Made by a program: the position numbers and the translations under genes. From Macrostomum hystrix (Eukaryota; Animalia; Platyhelminthes): DNA of 64,000 nucleotides. The DNA lies in the NCBI GenBank assembly GCA_950097015.1, contig CATNEN010000001.1:6262001-6326000 (forward strand), in the 5' to 3' direction. Of this stretch, positions 60,240 through 64,000 are shown one piece after another. The number at the start of each line of letters is the position of its first letter. The first letter of the stretch is position 1. The notes beneath the pieces were generated by a model that was not told the origin of the DNA, made no database searches, and saw nothing but the letters and a program-made list of their open reading frames with translations.

Positions 60240-61085
60240 CGGCTTACAAATCCAGTTGCACCCACCACCCCATGTCACACATCACACCAGCACGGCTTAC
60301 AAATCCAGTTGCACCCACCACCCCATGTCACACATCACACCAGCACGGCTTACAAATCCAGTTGCACCCACCACCCCATGTCACACATCACGCCAGCACG
60401 GCTTACAAATCCAGTTGCACCCACCACCCCATGTCACACATCACGCCAGCACGGCTTACAAATCCAGTTGCACCCACCACCCCATGTCACACATCACGCC
60501 AGCACGGCTTACAAATCCAGTTGCAACCACCACCCCATGTCACACATCACGCCAGCACGGCTTACAAATCCAGTTGCACCCACCACCCCATGTCACACAT
60601 CACGCCAGCACGGCTTACAAATCCAGTTGCACCCACCACCCCATGTCACACATCACGCCAGCACGGCTTACAAATCCAGTTGCAACCACCACCCCATGTC
60701 ACACATCACGCCAGCACGGCTTACAAATCCAGTTGCACCCACCACCCCATTTCACACATCACACCAGCACGGCTTACAAATCCAGTTGCACCCACCACCC
60801 CATTTCACACATCACACCAGCACGGCTTACAAATCCAGTTGCACCCACCACCCCATTTCACACATCACACCAGCACGGCTTACAAATCCAGTTGCACCCA
60901 CCACCCCATGTCACACATCACGCCAGCACGGCTTACAAATCCAGTTGCACCCACCACCCCATGTCACACATCACGCCAGCACGGCTTACAAATCCAGTTG
61001 CAACCACCACCCCATGTCACACATCACGCCAGCACGGCTTACAAATCCAGTTGCACCCACCACCCCATGTCACACATCACGCCAG
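60240..61085. repeat. 53-bp minisatellite, ~16 units
   Basis: CGGCTTACAAATCCAGTTGCACCCACCACCCCATGTCACACATCACGCCAGCA tandem units downstream of ASAP. Confidence 0.95.
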
Positions 61086-64000
61086 GGCGCCCCCAAGGGC
61101 CTAATCGCATGCGATATTCATCCACATGACGTTAAAAAAAGTTTTTTCTTTTATATGCTTTGCTTATTGTAAAGAATTTTGCGTTTTAAAACAAGTTTTT
61201 TTCTAATTGCCTGCACACCGATTCGAGCTTTTTCGTGAGTTCAACGTTTGGCTGCTTGTGCGCTTATTTTGGTTTTTAGTCATGAAACATAATCATTGAG
61301 AATTCAGACGAAATGACAACTTTAAGTCGAAAGTGAGCATTAGTTAGAGCATCATTTTTATTAGCTTTACATTTTCTTATTTGCACTTGCGTGTTCCTTT
61401 ACTAAGTGTCACTTACCTGTTGCGAATCTGTTTCTAAAATTATTATTTGCATTCTATCGTTCAGTTGTACTCCGCATATTTATTGTGTTGATTCTAGTCG
61501 TCCAACTGCTTTGAAGCCCGGCTATTAAACTCGATCTGTTTTTTATTTCCTTTTCTATAGAATTCTGCTTCCATTATTTTGGCTATGATATATTAGCTGC
61601 TTTTCTGGCTTTAATTGTTGCTTTTTATGCCGATCTTTTTTATTTAAAAAATAATTAAGTCACCCTATTACACACTTACATTTTTCCAAGTCAGCAAAAT
61701 CAGTTATAAATACTACTAGAAGCCCTACACTCCGTACTCTTAGTAGTACTATCAAGTATAAGTTAATTTAATTTGCTAACTAAATAAATGCCAACATTAA
61801 TTAGAAATAAGAAGTTGACCTACATCGGAAAATCATTTCATTCTACTATCAAAATCAGCGATCACAAATGCTTAGCAGTTACATTTATGTATGATATTCG
61901 TGGTTCTGTTTTTAACTTTCAATGTTTCTCTGTACTCCAAGTCAATAGAGTGTGTCGAAAAGACTTCCTAGACAATTCTACGCTCGTATTCCACAGTATG
62001 TTGATATATCTTCATCTCGGTTTGCGCTGAATCCTTTTTTAATTTTATCTCACTTATATATTCTGAGGACTGTCAGTATTTTATTTCTAGCTTTAGCTTC
62101 TACTTTTTTCCCAAAGGCCAGTTAAATGAATTTCTGTTGAATTTCTATATTAATTCTATCTCGCTCTTTATATATTACTGTGAGTAGACAGAAAAACTTT
62201 AGTTCAATTTTTGTCTCCCTGTTTCATTTGCGTACACGGCTAAAAGCTAATAAATGTCATTTGGTTTATGCCACGGTCCTCTTTCTTCTTCTCTGTAGTT
62301 TTTTGCATCCTTTTTAAAAGTCCCAATCTGTTTCTTCTCGTTTTAGAGATGGATTACATAGAAGTCAATGCGCACATTTTCTAGAAGCTCTTCTTTAGCT
62401 TTTCGGGCGTGCTTAAGTAATCTCTGTATAGTACTAAGAGTAGAAGTCGCGTATGTCTGACAAACATACTAATCATTTTTGTTGTGGCCGCTTTCAACTG
62501 CAATTATTCAAACTGCGCACATACACTATCGGCAATATATTATTCAAAAGTTTATTATACATTTAACGACTGTTCAATATAAAGCCAGTTGCAATATGTT
62601 AGTTTTGACTGCACTACTATTTAGTGCGCGATAAATTATATGTTGCAATACGTAGTTAACATCATTAAAAACTATAGATTTTGAGAATTGTATAGCTTTT
62701 TTATTTTTTACTAATTGGTTATCCAAAATATTTAAAACGACATTTTTAAAGCAATTTTTCCGACTTATACTAGACTAATTAAATACTTAGATTAATTCAT
62801 CTGGTAGCCGGAAAAATATTGAATTGTAAATTATTTGGGTCTGATTCTTTTTCAGTTGCCGATAACCATGCGTAAAAGTATCCTCCTACTATCTAATACA
62901 ATTGATTCAATGCAAGCATTTAGCCGGGGCATTCATTTTTGTCGTTTGGGGTCAGAAAATTCCACTAGAGCCTTTATTTTAGCTCTGGAGTGCGATTGGC
63001 TCTAGTGGCTCTTTGGCTCTTGGCTCTTTAAAACTCTAAAAACCTTTCTGTTTTTTCTAAAACAAAAACGCAGCGATAAATATTTTCACTTTCTGGAATC
63101 CTCATCACGACATATCTAGGCAGTAGATACGGTAGATACGCAGCTTTTTAATACGTTTTCGTTTGTTCTAAGCTGTACAGCGATATTTTAAATTTTCTTA
63201 GAAATATCGGAGAATAAGGCTGCTGCTTCATATTAAATGATAATAGTTCTGAGCTTCTACTATATTTTATATGAACTTAAACAGTTGTTATTTTTTATGT
63301 CAAATATTTTCCCACCAGAATTATCTCAATGCAATGTAGCTGAAAAATGTTATATATATAATCTATGATGAATCAACTTAGACTATCCACTAATTGTCAG
63401 CATAATGCACCCCTAAGCTTTTTCTGCCACTAAGAGAGTTCTGTTGCAAATTTATTCATTAATAATATATTTAGCTGTGCTAATAATCTTTAGAAAATGT
63501 TTGTTTTTAAGTAAGGATCTTATGAATAGTGCTAAATTGACAAGTCAAGGGCCTAATGCCATAGTGGCACAAGAACATGTGCCATTGAAATAAGAATTTT
63601 ATTTTTAGTGCCCTACAAGCCACAAGTCATACTATTTAAGTGATACCTGCACATAAAAATATTTCTTATATTATTATTCTTCCAAAATACCAGGCCACTA
63701 GCAAAATCTTAAAAGTTCCATGACTGTTGAAATAAAAACTTCAATTAAAGCTTCAGCTATTTTTCTTAGTCATTTAAAAAATAGAGCTCTAATCTATAAA
63801 GACAACTTGTATCATATTAATTTATTTATTGGATTATAAGTCAAAAGCCATACTTTTTGCATAAGCTCTTATCTTAGCTCAAAGTCTGTAAGAAAGCTAA
63901 GCAAAATATATTATAAAGTGGAATTTGGTATAAAACCAAATGGACTCTTTAAAAAGTTTAAATAACTTATGTTTAATTAAATAGAATACCTAGCAAGAAA

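Noticed and set aside
16094-61085. Arrays as CRISPR loci
   Set aside because: Units are head-to-tail with no unique spacers, there are no cas genes, and the context is eukaryotic.
54145-61172. ORFs (YNSPHSS)n, (IIPLIPL)n and His/Thr/Pro-rich ORFs at 60.1-61.2 kb
   Set aside because: Read-through of intronic 21-bp and intergenic 53-bp minisatellites.
61200-64000. Terminal AT-rich region
   Set aside because: No ORF, repeat or element boundary I can support.

Overview
This is repeat-rich, intron-containing animal genomic DNA, not prokaryotic. The style (poly-Q/poly-A-rich exons, dense minisatellites, tRNA-SINEs) is reminiscent of a flatworm such as Macrostomum, but that is inference only. Left half (1-34.6 kb): a tandem family of putatively secreted proteins built from a signal peptide, a PAN/apple-like Cys domain and an ALK/LTK-type glycine-rich domain, with no TM segment or kinase. 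There are three apparently intact copies and two pseudogenes. They are interleaved with two SINE families, solo LTRs, large 18-bp and 22-bp minisatellites, and a young Ty3/Gypsy element (identical 153-bp LTRs) whose pol is broken by a 108-bp internal inversion. Right half (35.5-59.8 kb): a complete ASAP-family Arf-GAP gene (BAR-PH-ArfGAP-ANK-Pro-rich-SH3). Its intron 1 holds a three-level nest of DNA transposons (TIR element > Helitron > hAT-type MITE). Its intron 5 holds an antisense two-exon ~823-aa nested gene with weak ankyrin/TRPC-N-terminus-like motifs. Most long ORFs in the ORF track are artefacts of tandem repeats. All calls were made by eye, without database searches.
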